A stretch of 62,644 nt of DNA, taken from contig NZZV01000208.1 of the NCBI GenBank assembly GCA_002698945.1, positions 31,069 through 93,712 on the forward strand, written 5' to 3'. The position numbers and the translations under genes are program-made. Under the pieces are notes generated by a model that was given only the letters and a program-made list of their open reading frames with translations, was not told where the DNA came from and did no database searches. Position 1 is the stretch's first letter. Each line of letters starts with the position of its first letter. Of this stretch, positions 9,282-18,341 are shown one piece after another. The DNA comes from Acidimicrobiaceae bacterium (GTDB lineage Bacteria > Actinomycetota > Acidimicrobiia > Acidimicrobiales > Ilumatobacteraceae).

Positions 9282-11213
9282 ATGACACGGTGGCACTCGC
9301 TCGCGGCGTCCACGATCGCCGTGATCGCGACCCTCGTCGGGGCGACGACCGCCGGCGCGGGCGCCCCCGAACCGAGCGACGACAGCGCCCGCGAACTCGC
9401 CGAGCGGTTCGCGCCGATCGTCATGATCAAGCAGCAGGAACAGACCTGCGACCCGGATGGCGAACCCTACGCTCCGGCGGCGGTCGACATCGTGCTCGAC
9501 AACCCCGAGATCGCCTTGCGGCAGGTGGGAGGCGGCAACCCGACGGTGCAGCGCGGTCCCGGCGCCACCGACTTGTTCGAGCTGGGCGACGGCTTCTTTC
9601 TCGACTTTCCGGGGAGCTCACTCGAACCGGGCTGCACGTACCAGCGCGACTTCGACAAGTACACCGAGTCGTACCCCCCGACGGTGTACGCCCACGTGGT
9701 GCAGCAACCCGACGTCCCCGACCGCGTCTTCGTGCAGTACTGGATCTACTGGTACTACAACGACTGGAACAACAAGCACGAGAGCGACTGGGAAGGCATC
9801 ACCGTCGTGTTCGACGCCGGGTCGATCGACGAGGCGCTGCGGTCCGAGCCGCTCGCCGTCGGCTACTCCCAGCACGAGGGCGGCGAGCGCGCCGACTGGG
9901 ACGACGACAAGTTGGGCCGCGAAGGCGACCGGCCCGTCGTGTACTCGTCCGCAGGTTCGCACGCGAGCTACTTCCAGGACGCGATCTACCTCGGGCGCGG
10001 AGCGAGCGAGGGGTTCGGCTGCGACGACACCACCGGTCCGTCCGAGCGCGTCGACCCAGCGGTCGTGCTCGTCCCGGACGCCGTCGACGACCCTGACGAT
10101 CCGTTGGCGTGGGTCTCGTACCGAGGGCGTTGGGGCGAACGCCAGAACGGCGCGTTCAACGGGCCGACCGGTCCGGCGGTCAAGGACCGTTGGCTCGAAC
10201 CGGCGCCCTGGTTCGACGACCTCCGCCCGTCGTCGGTGGTCATCCCGGCCGGCAACACCAGCGCCAACGAGGTCATCGACGTGTTCTGCGAAGTCGTCGA
10301 ATGGGGCTCGGGGCAGCTCATCACGTTCGCGGTCTCACCGCTCCGCCTGATCCTGTCCGCGCTGGTCGTGTTCTTTGCGCTGAGGTTCCTCGTCCGTCGA
10401 ACCGAATGGAACCCGGTGCCGGCGACGCCGATCGTGCGACGCCGCCGGGCCGGCCAGATCCTTCGAACCGCCATGGTCGTGTTTCGGCGGGCACCTGCGA
10501 TCTACATCCTGTTCGGCCTCGTCTACATCCCCGCCGCGATCGTGACCGGCCTGCTGGCCGCCGTACTCCTCCTCGTCCCCGGCGTGTCCGCGCTGGTGGC
10601 GTTGGCCCAGGGTGCGAGCGGGACCAGCCTCGTGCTGGCAGCGTTCGTCGGCAGCATCGCGAACGTCGCTGCGTTCGTGATCGTGAACGCCATCGTCGCC
10701 GAGTATCTCGACGGGCCGGAGCGCGGGTTCGACGCTGCGTTCGCGGCGCTCCGCACGACCTTCGATCGACGCCGAGCACTGCTCGGTGCGTTCGTGAGGT
10801 CGTTCGCCATCGTGTTCGTGCTGCTCGTCTCGTTCGTCGGTATCCCGTGGGGAATCCGCCAGCTCGTCCGCTATCAGTTCGTGGCGCAGGCCGTCGCCTA
10901 CGACGACCTCGACGGGCGTGCCGCCCTCGATCGGAGCTCGTCGCTCGTGACGGGCCGGTGGTTGCACACCGCATTGGTCGTCGCGCTGCTGAACGGGGCC
11001 GTCGCGCTGCTCTCGCTCGTCGCCGGCCTGCTGATCTTGCTCCTCGCCACCGGGTTGCCGTTGTGGGCATTCTCCGCGATCGTGTCGTTGGTGTCGGCGT
11101 TCACCGTGCCGATCGCCGCGATCGCGATGACGTTGCTGTACGGCGACGCAATCGCCGAAGCGCAACACGACAGCGACGACGTCTCGGCACCCGACCCGGC
11201 CACGGTCAGCTGA
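9282..11213 (+). CDS. Signal peptide, Vps62/NPP1-like extracellular domain, multi-pass C-terminal membrane domain
   Basis: QYWIYWYYNDWNNKHESDWEG, SQHEGG, GSHASY, GRWG...GPTGP motifs; about 7 hydrophobic segments after residue ~355. Confidence 0.65.
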   Translation: MTRWHSLAASTIAVIATLVGATTAGAGAPEPSDDSARELAERFAPIVMIKQQEQTCDPDGEPYAPAAVDIVLDNPEIALRQVGGGNPTVQRGPGATDLFELGDGFFLDFPGSSLEPGCTYQRDFDKYTESYPPTVYAHVVQQPDVPDRVFVQYWIYWYYNDWNNKHESDWEGITVVFDAGSIDEALRSEPLAVGYSQHEGGERADWDDDKLGREGDRPVVYSSAGSHASYFQDAIYLGRGASEGFGCDDTTGPSERVDPAVVLVPDAVDDPDDPLAWVSYRGRWGERQNGAFNGPTGPAVKDRWLEPAPWFDDLRPSSVVIPAGNTSANEVIDVFCEVVEWGSGQLITFAVSPLRLILSALVVFFALRFLVRRTEWNPVPATPIVRRRRAGQILRTAMVVFRRAPAIYILFGLVYIPAAIVTGLLAAVLLLVPGVSALVALAQGASGTSLVLAAFVGSIANVAAFVIVNAIVAEYLDGPERGFDAAFAALRTTFDRRRALLGAFVRSFAIVFVLLVSFVGIPWGIRQLVRYQFVAQAVAYDDLDGRAALDRSSSLVTGRWLHTALVVALLNGAVALLSLVAGLLILLLATGLPLWAFSAIVSLVSAFTVPIAAIAMTLLYGDAIAEAQHDSDDVSAPDPATVS

Positions 11214-11242
11214 ACCCGGCTCTGGCCGCTGTCCGAGTTCGG

Positions 11243-12750
11243 TCAGAGTTCACCGGCGTCGAGTCGGGCCCGCACCTCGACCGCACGCTCACGCACCTGG
11301 TCGAGGTCGTCGAGGCGTTCCGACGCCCGCACCTGACGGGCCACACGAGGATTGGTCACGAGCCGGTCGTGATGCCGCGCCAGGAAGTCCCAATACAGCG
11401 TCGTGAAGGGGCAGGCGTCGTCGCCCACACGACGCTTCCGGTCGAACCGGCAGTCACCGCAGTAGTCGCTCATCTTGTCGATGTAGTTGCCACCCGCCGC
11501 GTACGGCTTCGTGGCCATCATCCCACCGTCGGCCCACTGGCTCATCCCGATCACGTTGGGGAGCATCACCCACTCCGCACCGTCGACGAAACCCGACCAC
11601 ATCCACTCCGTGAGCGCCCATGGTTCCACCCCGTGCAGGAGACACAGGTTGCCGAGCACCATGAGCCGCTGGATGTGATGGTTGTACGCCCGATTCTGCA
11701 CCCCGTCGAGACACACACGAACACAGCGCATCTCGGTGTCGGATCCCGTGAAGACCGGCGGGAGCGCGCGGTCGGCGCCCAGCTCGTTGCGAGAGCGGTA
11801 CTCCGCACCCTGGAGCCAGTAGACGCCCTACACGTACTCGCGCCAGCCGATCACCTGACGGATGAAGCCCTCGGCGGAGTTGATCGGCACATCGCCGCGG
11901 TCGTACGCCTCCTGCACGGCGTCGCAGACCTCGCCGGGCAGGAGGAGTCCGATGTTCAGGTACGGCGACAGCACCGAGTGAGCGAGGTGCCACGATCGGG
12001 TCGTCATGGCGTCCTCGTGCGGGCCGAATCCGGGCAGGACCTCGTCCACGAAGTGGCGCAGTCGTGACAGCGCCCGGCGCCGACTCGTCGCCCACGTGCC
12101 GTCCGGTTCGGCGCCCCAGCACGAATCGGGTAGTTCCCGCCAGGACGGCGCGATCGACGTCGTCGAGGGTCGACGTCTGCGGCGACACCCACGTCACCGA
12201 GTCGTCGCGTGGGGGCGGCTCACGGTTCTCGTCGTCGAAGCTCCACCGGCCCCCGATCGGTCCACCGGCGGCGTCGAGCAAGTACCCGAGGCGCCGTCGC
12301 TGCCACCGGTAGAAGTCGTCCATCTTCATCGACGTCCGGTCCGCCGCCCAGTCGGCGAACTCGTCGTAGTGGCAGAGGAACTGGTTCGAACGGATGATGT
12401 CGACGTCGAGCGATCGCATCAGGGTGAGTCCGTCGATGCTCGCGGGTTCGGTGACCGTCACACGGTCAGGTCCGAACTCGTCCACGTGCGCCCGGAACCC
12501 GGCACGCAGCGAGTCGGCGACGCGATGGTCGACCTCGAAGCCGACCTCACGCAACTCGGCCGCGAAGCGACGCATGGCCGTGATCACGAGGTGCGCACGC
12601 TGCCGGTGCCATCGCTTGGACGACAGCTTGGCGCGACTCTCGACCAGCAGGATCCGGTGCGTGTCGGGCGTGGCGTCGGCCAGGGCCGCCGATCGACCGG
12701 TTCAGCTGATCGCCCAGCACCCAGACCGTCTGCACGGCACTCGTGCTCAC
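11243..12750 (-). pseudogene. FeS-cluster bacterial cryptochrome/(6-4) photolyase family (PhrB/CryB-like), disrupted
   Basis: WVLGDQL, EGFIRQVIGWREYV, HHIQRLMVLGN, KPYAAGGNYIDKMSDYCGDC and ACPF motifs are split over three frames. Extra base near 12687 and near 12137; in-frame TAG at 11828-11830 where W is expected. Confidence 0.85.
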
Positions 12751-13535
12751 GGATCGACCCCGTCCGTGGCGGGTGGGTCGGTCAGATCGATCGACGATCC
12801 GGGCGGCAGCACGAGGGCGTGGAGATCGTCGTCGTGGGCAGCGAGCGCGGCTTCGAATCTGACGGCCGGTGTCGCCAGCCATCCAGGCGGTCGACGCCGG
12901 AGGGTCTCGGGGGCGAAGGTACCCCAGTGCACCGGCACCACCAGTCCCGGTCGGATGATCGACGTCGCCTCGACCGCCCGCTCCGGATCGAGGTGTCCGA
13001 CACCGATCGTCGGACCCCACCCCCAGATGGGGAGCAGCGCGAGATCGATGTCGCCCAGGTCGCGCATCCCCTCGAACAGATCGGTGTCGCCGGCGAAGTA
13101 GGTCCGATGTCCGCCGACGTCGATCACGAAGCCGATCGGATCGGCCGTGAGTCGGCTGTGGAACCCACGGCCCGACTTGTGCATCGCCGGTGTCACCGTG
13201 AGGTGTGCGCCGGCGACCTCGACATGGTCGCCGATGTCGACCTCGACGATCTCGGTGTGTCCGGCTCGGCGGAGCAGGTCGGCGGTACCGCGTGGTGTCA
13301 CGATCGGCACGCCGGACGCGAGGCGACGGAGCGACGGCACGTGCAGATGGTCCATGTGTGCATGCGACAGCAGCACCAGGTCCGCGTCGATCGGCGGTGG
13401 CGGAGGGCCGTGACGTTTCAGGTGGGCGACACGCTGTTTCAGCAGCGGGTCGGTGATCACCCGAACCCCGCCGACGTCGAGCACCGTGGTGGCATGGCCG
13501 ACCCAGGTCAACCGAGCCGGCACGGGAGCGGTCAC
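12747..13535 (-). CDS. MBL-fold metallo-hydrolase (UlaG/RomA-like)
   Basis: TWVGHAT, TDP, SHAHMDH, YFAGDT, PVHWGTF. Confidence 0.9.
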   Translation of the reverse strand: MTAPVPARLTWVGHATTVLDVGGVRVITDPLLKQRVAHLKRHGPPPPPIDADLVLLSHAHMDHLHVPSLRRLASGVPIVTPRGTADLLRRAGHTEIVEVDIGDHVEVAGAHLTVTPAMHKSGRGFHSRLTADPIGFVIDVGGHRTYFAGDTDLFEGMRDLGDIDLALLPIWGWGPTIGVGHLDPERAVEATSIIRPGLVVPVHWGTFAPETLRRRPPGWLATPAVRFEAALAAHDDDLHALVLPPGSSIDLTDPPATDGVDP

Positions 13536-13573
13536 GGACGGCCCGTCACGATCGGCCCGTCACGAATCGGACG

Positions 13574-14683
13574 TCACGCCCTACGGATCGGCGGGTAGGC
13601 CGCCGCACGCAGGGGCCGATAGCGGTCGTACAGGGTGATGATCAGCGTGAGCAGCAGCAGGAAGAACACCGCCGCCCCCTCGTCGACCGAGTCGCGTCGG
13701 AAGAACAGCCAATAGGCGGCCATGATGCCGGCGTTGACGGCGGCCATCGCGAGGAACTGCTGCATCGTCGTCTCCCACGAACGACCGCGACGGGCCAACC
13801 ACGCGCTGACGACGGCGTTCGCCACGACGACGACCGAGACCGCGAAGACGGTCTGCAGCGGTGTGGCATCGGTGTTCGGGAGCACCTGGGCGAAGATCAC
13901 CGAGATCAACCCGGCGAGCAGCGCCTTTTCGACGAGGTCCCACTCCAGCACCCTCACCACCGCCGGGGTGGCGTCGAGGCGGGTGCTCTGACGGTGGTGG
14001 TCGACGTCGACCGATGTCGACCAGTCAGGTGGCGGGGCGGCGGCGAGCGTCTTGCGAACGACCACGAAGACGGCGATCGCGAGCACGACGAGGAGGCCGA
14101 TGAACCACAGGTTCTCGGCGATCGCGTCACCCCACGACGTGTCGACCGGGACACCGAACACGTCTTCTTTCATGAAGTCCGTGAAGTCGAGCTGGGCGAC
14201 GTGGATCCACCACTCCTGCGGCAGCTTCACGAAGATCCAGATGAACGCCGCCAGCCCGATGACCTGTCGGTGCGACAGCCGCTCCGGATTCCAGGCGAGG
14301 CGGACGACCTCGTAGCAGATGAAGAAGTACTCGAAGGTGTTCGGGAACACCAGCAGCAGGGCGCGCACCTGCGTCAGCTCGAACGCGACGACGCCGACCA
14401 GGCGGTAGTACCAGAGGAACTGGGCCACTCGAGCGGCGAACGGGTCGGCCCAGTTGCGGAACGTCGACAGGTAGGCGATCGCCAGGTAGTAGACGTCGAG
14501 CGCCTTGTCGTATCCCTGATAGCCCGTCAGATCGAGATCGGTGTTGTTCTGGAAGATCGTCTGATCGGCGGCGTCGATGACGAGCGCGGCGAGGATCGCC
14601 GGCAGCGGGTACCGGAAGATCAGGAGCGGGATGCCGAGCCGAGCCAGCACCACCGCCAGGAAGATCAGCTCGTCGGACGACAT
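13574..14683 (-). CDS. Uncharacterised polytopic membrane protein
   Basis: 369-aa ORF with about 9-10 hydrophobic segments and host-like codon usage. Confidence 0.75.
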   Translation of the reverse strand: MSSDELIFLAVVLARLGIPLLIFRYPLPAILAALVIDAADQTIFQNNTDLDLTGYQGYDKALDVYYLAIAYLSTFRNWADPFAARVAQFLWYYRLVGVVAFELTQVRALLLVFPNTFEYFFICYEVVRLAWNPERLSHRQVIGLAAFIWIFVKLPQEWWIHVAQLDFTDFMKEDVFGVPVDTSWGDAIAENLWFIGLLVVLAIAVFVVVRKTLAAAPPPDWSTSVDVDHHRQSTRLDATPAVVRVLEWDLVEKALLAGLISVIFAQVLPNTDATPLQTVFAVSVVVVANAVVSAWLARRGRSWETTMQQFLAMAAVNAGIMAAYWLFFRRDSVDEGAAVFFLLLLTLIITLYDRYRPLRAAAYPPIRRA

Positions 14684-14695
14684 GGTGGCGCAACC

Positions 14696-15205
14696 CTAAT
14701 CCACGGATCGACGGCGCCGAGAGGAACTGCCGAGCGCGCGGGCGACGTCGTCGACCAACGCCCACTGGGATCCGTCACCGGGGCCGGCGAACGCCCGGTG
14801 TGCGGCGATCGTGCGGACGGCGTCCTCGGCACTCGCGCCGAGCCGGATCAGCAGACAGACGCCCATCGTGCCCGCGCGCCCCTGCCCCATCGCACAGTGC
14901 ATCACAACGCCCTCGCCTCGTTCCAGCCGCTCGGCGACGAGGTCGAGGAACGGCATCGTCGCGTCGGCGGACTCGGCACGAAAGTTGCGGATCGGGAACC
15001 ACAGCGCCGACCCCGGCTGATGGGCGCGCAGCCACTCGGCATACTGCGGTGCCCGGCGTTCGAGTTCGGCTCGCTCGTTCAGACAGACCACCGTCGTCGA
15101 CCGGGTCGACGCCAGCACGGCGGCGGGATCGTCCGCGATGTCGCGGAGTCCGCACAGGAACAGTCGACCCGACGTCGTCGGGAGCGGGATCTGATCGACA
15201 CTCAC
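14696..15205 (-). CDS. Cys-based protein-tyrosine/dual-specificity phosphatase
   Basis: HCAMGQGRAG (HCx5R) motif; GTG start overlaps the upstream stop (GTGA). Confidence 0.85.
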   Translation of the reverse strand: MSVDQIPLPTTSGRLFLCGLRDIADDPAAVLASTRSTTVVCLNERAELERRAPQYAEWLRAHQPGSALWFPIRNFRAESADATMPFLDLVAERLERGEGVVMHCAMGQGRAGTMGVCLLIRLGASAEDAVRTIAAHRAFAGPGDGSQWALVDDVARALGSSSRRRRSVD

Positions 15206-15609
15206 GACGGAGATGACGACGATGATGGTGACGTCGACGGCGGGTCGAGCGGTGGTGCGGCGCGATGCAGGACCGCCCACGTCGGCGTGACATCGAGCGC
15301 ATCGTCGATCGACCCATCGGCAATACGGGCGACACCGTCGACGATCAGCGTCATGTCACCCGCCTCGGTGTGCGGGAGTTCGACCGGCGGGAACACGACG
15401 GTGACGGTCGGCCGCCCGGCGACATTGCGGCTCGCCCGGCCCGAGCCGGTCTCGAACCGGAGCACGACGGCGCCGTCGGCACCACGGACGACCCTGGTTC
15501 GCAGAGCGATCACATGAGCTCGTGCGTCGTCACCCACGGTGACCAGGTACCCGAACTCGCGACGAGCCAGTTCGTCGGGCAACTGCGAGATCGGGACCTC
15601 GATGCTCAC
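15202..15609 (-). CDS. Pyridoxamine 5'-phosphate oxidase-like split-barrel protein
   Basis: FGYLVTV, RNVAGRPTVTVVFPP, TLIVDG, AVLHR. Confidence 0.75.
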   Translation of the reverse strand: MSIEVPISQLPDELARREFGYLVTVGDDARAHVIALRTRVVRGADGAVVLRFETGSGRASRNVAGRPTVTVVFPPVELPHTEAGDMTLIVDGVARIADGSIDDALDVTPTWAVLHRAAPPLDPPSTSPSSSSSPS

Positions 15610-15646
15610 GGACCGTCACGCTACCAGGATCCCGATAACACGGTCA

Positions 15647-16603
15647 TCACGACGCCGCGTCGGCATCCAGGCCGTACCAGGGACCCTGTGCCAGATCGGA
15701 CTCGAAGATCGACCGATCCTGCTCGTCAGCGATCGGCACCCGTCGAGCGCGCCGGGACAGTTCACGTGCCTCGTCGAGCCGACCCAGGCACGCCAACGCC
15801 CTGGCGCGGGCCTCGTAGACGTACGCATGGTCGAAGTCGGTCGCCTCGTCGCCCGCCCGCGTCAGATGGGCGGCGGCTTGTGCGGCGTGGTGCAACGCCG
15901 GCTCACCGTGACCGAGCGTCGCGTGCGCACGCGACACGAGCCACGACGCCCGCGCCTGGTTGACGGCGGTCGCACCGGTCGCCCGGTGCCAGTGATACGC
16001 CGCCGCATAGGCACGCTGCAGCAACTCGTCGGCGACGTCGGGATCGTGCGAACGCCGGTCGAGCAGCTCCCACACCGAGTTGTTGGCGATCACACCCTGG
16101 GCGCGATGCCAGTTCCCCTCGATCTCGGCGACGTCGATCGACGACTCGGCGACGTCGACCGGCGGCAGCGGCTCACCGGTCTCGAGGAGCGTCTTGAGTC
16201 CGTCGACCACCACCGGCCACCCGGTGCGGGCGTGCTCCCACGTCGCCGGGCTGAGAGCGAGGTCGCCGTGTCGGAGCGAGAGCCGTGTCACCGCTCCGGC
16301 GTCGTTCGCGTCGGCGAGGGTCCACTCGACGCGGCTCGGCGGCTCGGCGGCGAGTTCGTCCGAACGCAACAGGCGGAAGGTCATGACGAGTCGATGGGGA
16401 GGGTCGACCGTCTCGAGGGTGCCGTCGATGACGTCATGGTCGTCGGCGTCCACGTACCGGCACTTCGCTCCCGCTCGCAGCGACGACTCGATCCGCGTCC
16501 CGAAGAAGTACCGTTCCGTCAGCTCCGGGTCGGTCAGGGCCGTCCACACCTCGTCGCGCGACGCTCGGATCAGCCGATCGAGGAGGTGCGTGCGGGCGAC
16601 CAT
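15647..16603 (-). CDS. SRPBCC/AHSA1 domain fused to a TPR-like helical domain
   Basis: VWTALTDPE, DPPHRLVMTF, GWPVVVDGLKTLLETG; C-terminal NNSVWELL...AAYHW...AYVYEARARA. Confidence 0.8.
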   Translation of the reverse strand: MVARTHLLDRLIRASRDEVWTALTDPELTERYFFGTRIESSLRAGAKCRYVDADDHDVIDGTLETVDPPHRLVMTFRLLRSDELAAEPPSRVEWTLADANDAGAVTRLSLRHGDLALSPATWEHARTGWPVVVDGLKTLLETGEPLPPVDVAESSIDVAEIEGNWHRAQGVIANNSVWELLDRRSHDPDVADELLQRAYAAAYHWHRATGATAVNQARASWLVSRAHATLGHGEPALHHAAQAAAHLTRAGDEATDFDHAYVYEARARALACLGRLDEARELSRRARRVPIADEQDRSIFESDLAQGPWYGLDADAAS

Positions 16604-16656
16604 GCTTCGCTGATTACGCCACGACGCGACCTCGTGTCAAGCACCGGGCCCTCCCG

Positions 16657-17553
16657 TCACTCGCCGGCGAGTTCGTCGAGGCACGACCGCACGTCGTCCG
16701 GGAGGCCCGGCACAACGACCGCGTCGTTCAGGTCGGCCATCAGATCCGTCAGCAGGTCGTCCGGGTCGATTTCGGCCGCCGAGCCGTCGGTGGTGATCGT
16801 CACCTCGCCATCGGCGTCGCGTTCGATCGTCACCGCAGCCTCGCCGTCGCCGAGATCGATGAGGACCGGCCCGTCCGGGCCCATGACCGCGACCAGATCG
16901 TCGAGCATCTCGAAGCTCTCCGACGTCGAGGCGTCGGACGGAGCCTCGTCGGTGCCCCGCTCGAACTGCTCGAACTGCTCGAGACCGCGCTGCCACTCGT
17001 GACCGAACTCACCCTCGAGTTCGAACTCGAGGTCGCCCAACAGTTCGTCGAGCATCGGCAGCTCCGACTCGAGATCACCCAGCACTTCGTCCAGCATCGG
17101 CAGCTCCGACTCGAGATCACCCAGCACTTCGTCCAGATCGAAGTCGGGGCCGAGCAACTCGTCGAGCGGCGGCAGTTCGCCGTTCCATTCACCCTCCAGA
17201 TCACTCCCGAGATCACCCCCGAGATCACCCGGACCGGGGCCCAGATCGGGCAGACCGATGCACTCGGAGAACTCGCGCAGGTCGTCGCCGTCCAGGAGCT
17301 CGACATCGTTCGTCGTCGTGGGGGCCGCGGACGTCGTGGTGCTCGACGTGGTGCTCGTCGTGGTGCTCGTCGGTGACGCGCCCAACTCGGGGTCGTCGGC
17401 CGAGACGAGCGCGCTGGCTCCGATGGCACCGACGCCCACGAGACCGGCCCCGATCAGCGCGGCGCCGACCATCCGACCGCGGCGTCGCTTCGGCCCCCGA
17501 GGCGGTTCGTACGACACGGCCGGCGTGGAGGGTGGAGCATCGAACGGGTTCAT
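16657..17553 (-). CDS. Secreted or membrane-anchored highly acidic repeat protein
   Basis: KRRRGR plus hydrophobic segment, Thr linker, LDEVLGDLESELPM repeats, two Cys. Confidence 0.7.
   Translation of the reverse strand: MNPFDAPPSTPAVSYEPPRGPKRRRGRMVGAALIGAGLVGVGAIGASALVSADDPELGASPTSTTTSTTSSTTTSAAPTTTNDVELLDGDDLREFSECIGLPDLGPGPGDLGGDLGSDLEGEWNGELPPLDELLGPDFDLDEVLGDLESELPMLDEVLGDLESELPMLDELLGDLEFELEGEFGHEWQRGLEQFEQFERGTDEAPSDASTSESFEMLDDLVAVMGPDGPVLIDLGDGEAAVTIERDADGEVTITTDGSAAEIDPDDLLTDLMADLNDAVVVPGLPDDVRSCLDELAGE
17051..17136. repeat. 42-bp perfect tandem repeat x2 within CDS (plus degenerate flanking copies)
   Basis: agcatcggcagctccgactcgagatcacccagcacttcgtcc at 17051 and 17093. Confidence 0.9.
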
Positions 17554-17576
17554 GTCGTGAGCATGCCGGGATGACG

Positions 17577-17593
17577 CTGAGCGAAGCCTGAGA
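17577..17593 (-). promoter_or_regulatory. Putative OmpR/MprA-type direct-repeat box
   Basis: Minus strand reads TCTCAG-gcttc-GCTCAG (hexamers 11 bp apart) between the divergent genes; resembles the mycobacterial MprA box. Confidence 0.5.
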
Positions 17594-17657
17594 GGGTGAT
17601 CCGAGCCCGCGGATCCAGCAGGCTGCATCGTCGTCGCCGAGCGGGCACACTGTGGAC

Positions 17658-18341
17658 ATGCGTCTGTTGGTCGTCGACGACGAGGTTCGACTCGCCGAGT
17701 CGATCGCGCGGGCCTTGCGCGCCGAGGGGTTCGACGTCGACATGGTCCATGACGGCAACGACGCCGTCTGGCAGGCGCAGCAGGTCGACTATGCGGTGAT
17801 CATCCTCGACATCATGTTGCCCGGCCTCAACGGGTTCGCCGTGTGCCGCGATCTCCGGGCGGCCGGCAGCACGACGCCGATCCTGATGCTGACGGCGAAG
17901 GAGGGCGAGTACGACGAGGCCGAAGCGCTCGACACCGGTGCCGACGACTACCTGCGCAAGCCGTTCTCGCTCGTGGTGCTCGTCGCCCGCATCCGAGCGC
18001 TGCTGCGACGCGGTCGCGCCTCGTCGGTCGACGAGATCACGGTCGGCGAGTTGCACCTCGACCGTGGCCAGGTCTCGGCCACCTGGGCCGGCGGCGACGC
18101 AGTGCAACTGACACCACGCGAGTTCGCCGTTCTCGACCACCTCGCCCGCCAGGCACCCGACGTCGTCACGAAGCAGGGTCTCGTCGACGCGGTGTGGGGG
18201 TTCGACTTCGCGGGCGACCCGAACATTGCCGAGGTCTACGTCGGCTACCTCCGCCGCAAGCTCGGGCGCGACGTGATCCGCACCGTGCGCCACGTCGGCT
18301 ACCAGATCACCGGCGAGCCGACCGACGCCGACGAGTCGTGA
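17658..18341 (+). CDS. OmpR-family response regulator
   Basis: LLVVDDE, ILDIMLPG, MLTAK, GADDYLRKPF, EVYVGYLRRKL. Alternative GTG start at 17652. Confidence 0.95.
   Translation: MRLLVVDDEVRLAESIARALRAEGFDVDMVHDGNDAVWQAQQVDYAVIILDIMLPGLNGFAVCRDLRAAGSTTPILMLTAKEGEYDEAEALDTGADDYLRKPFSLVVLVARIRALLRRGRASSVDEITVGELHLDRGQVSATWAGGDAVQLTPREFAVLDHLARQAPDVVTKQGLVDAVWGFDFAGDPNIAEVYVGYLRRKLGRDVIRTVRHVGYQITGEPTDADES

Noticed and set aside
11828-11830. Programmed amber readthrough or frameshifting in the photolyase
   Set aside because: A conserved Trp codon is one substitution away, two extra frameshifts lack slippery sites, and no recoding machinery is visible.
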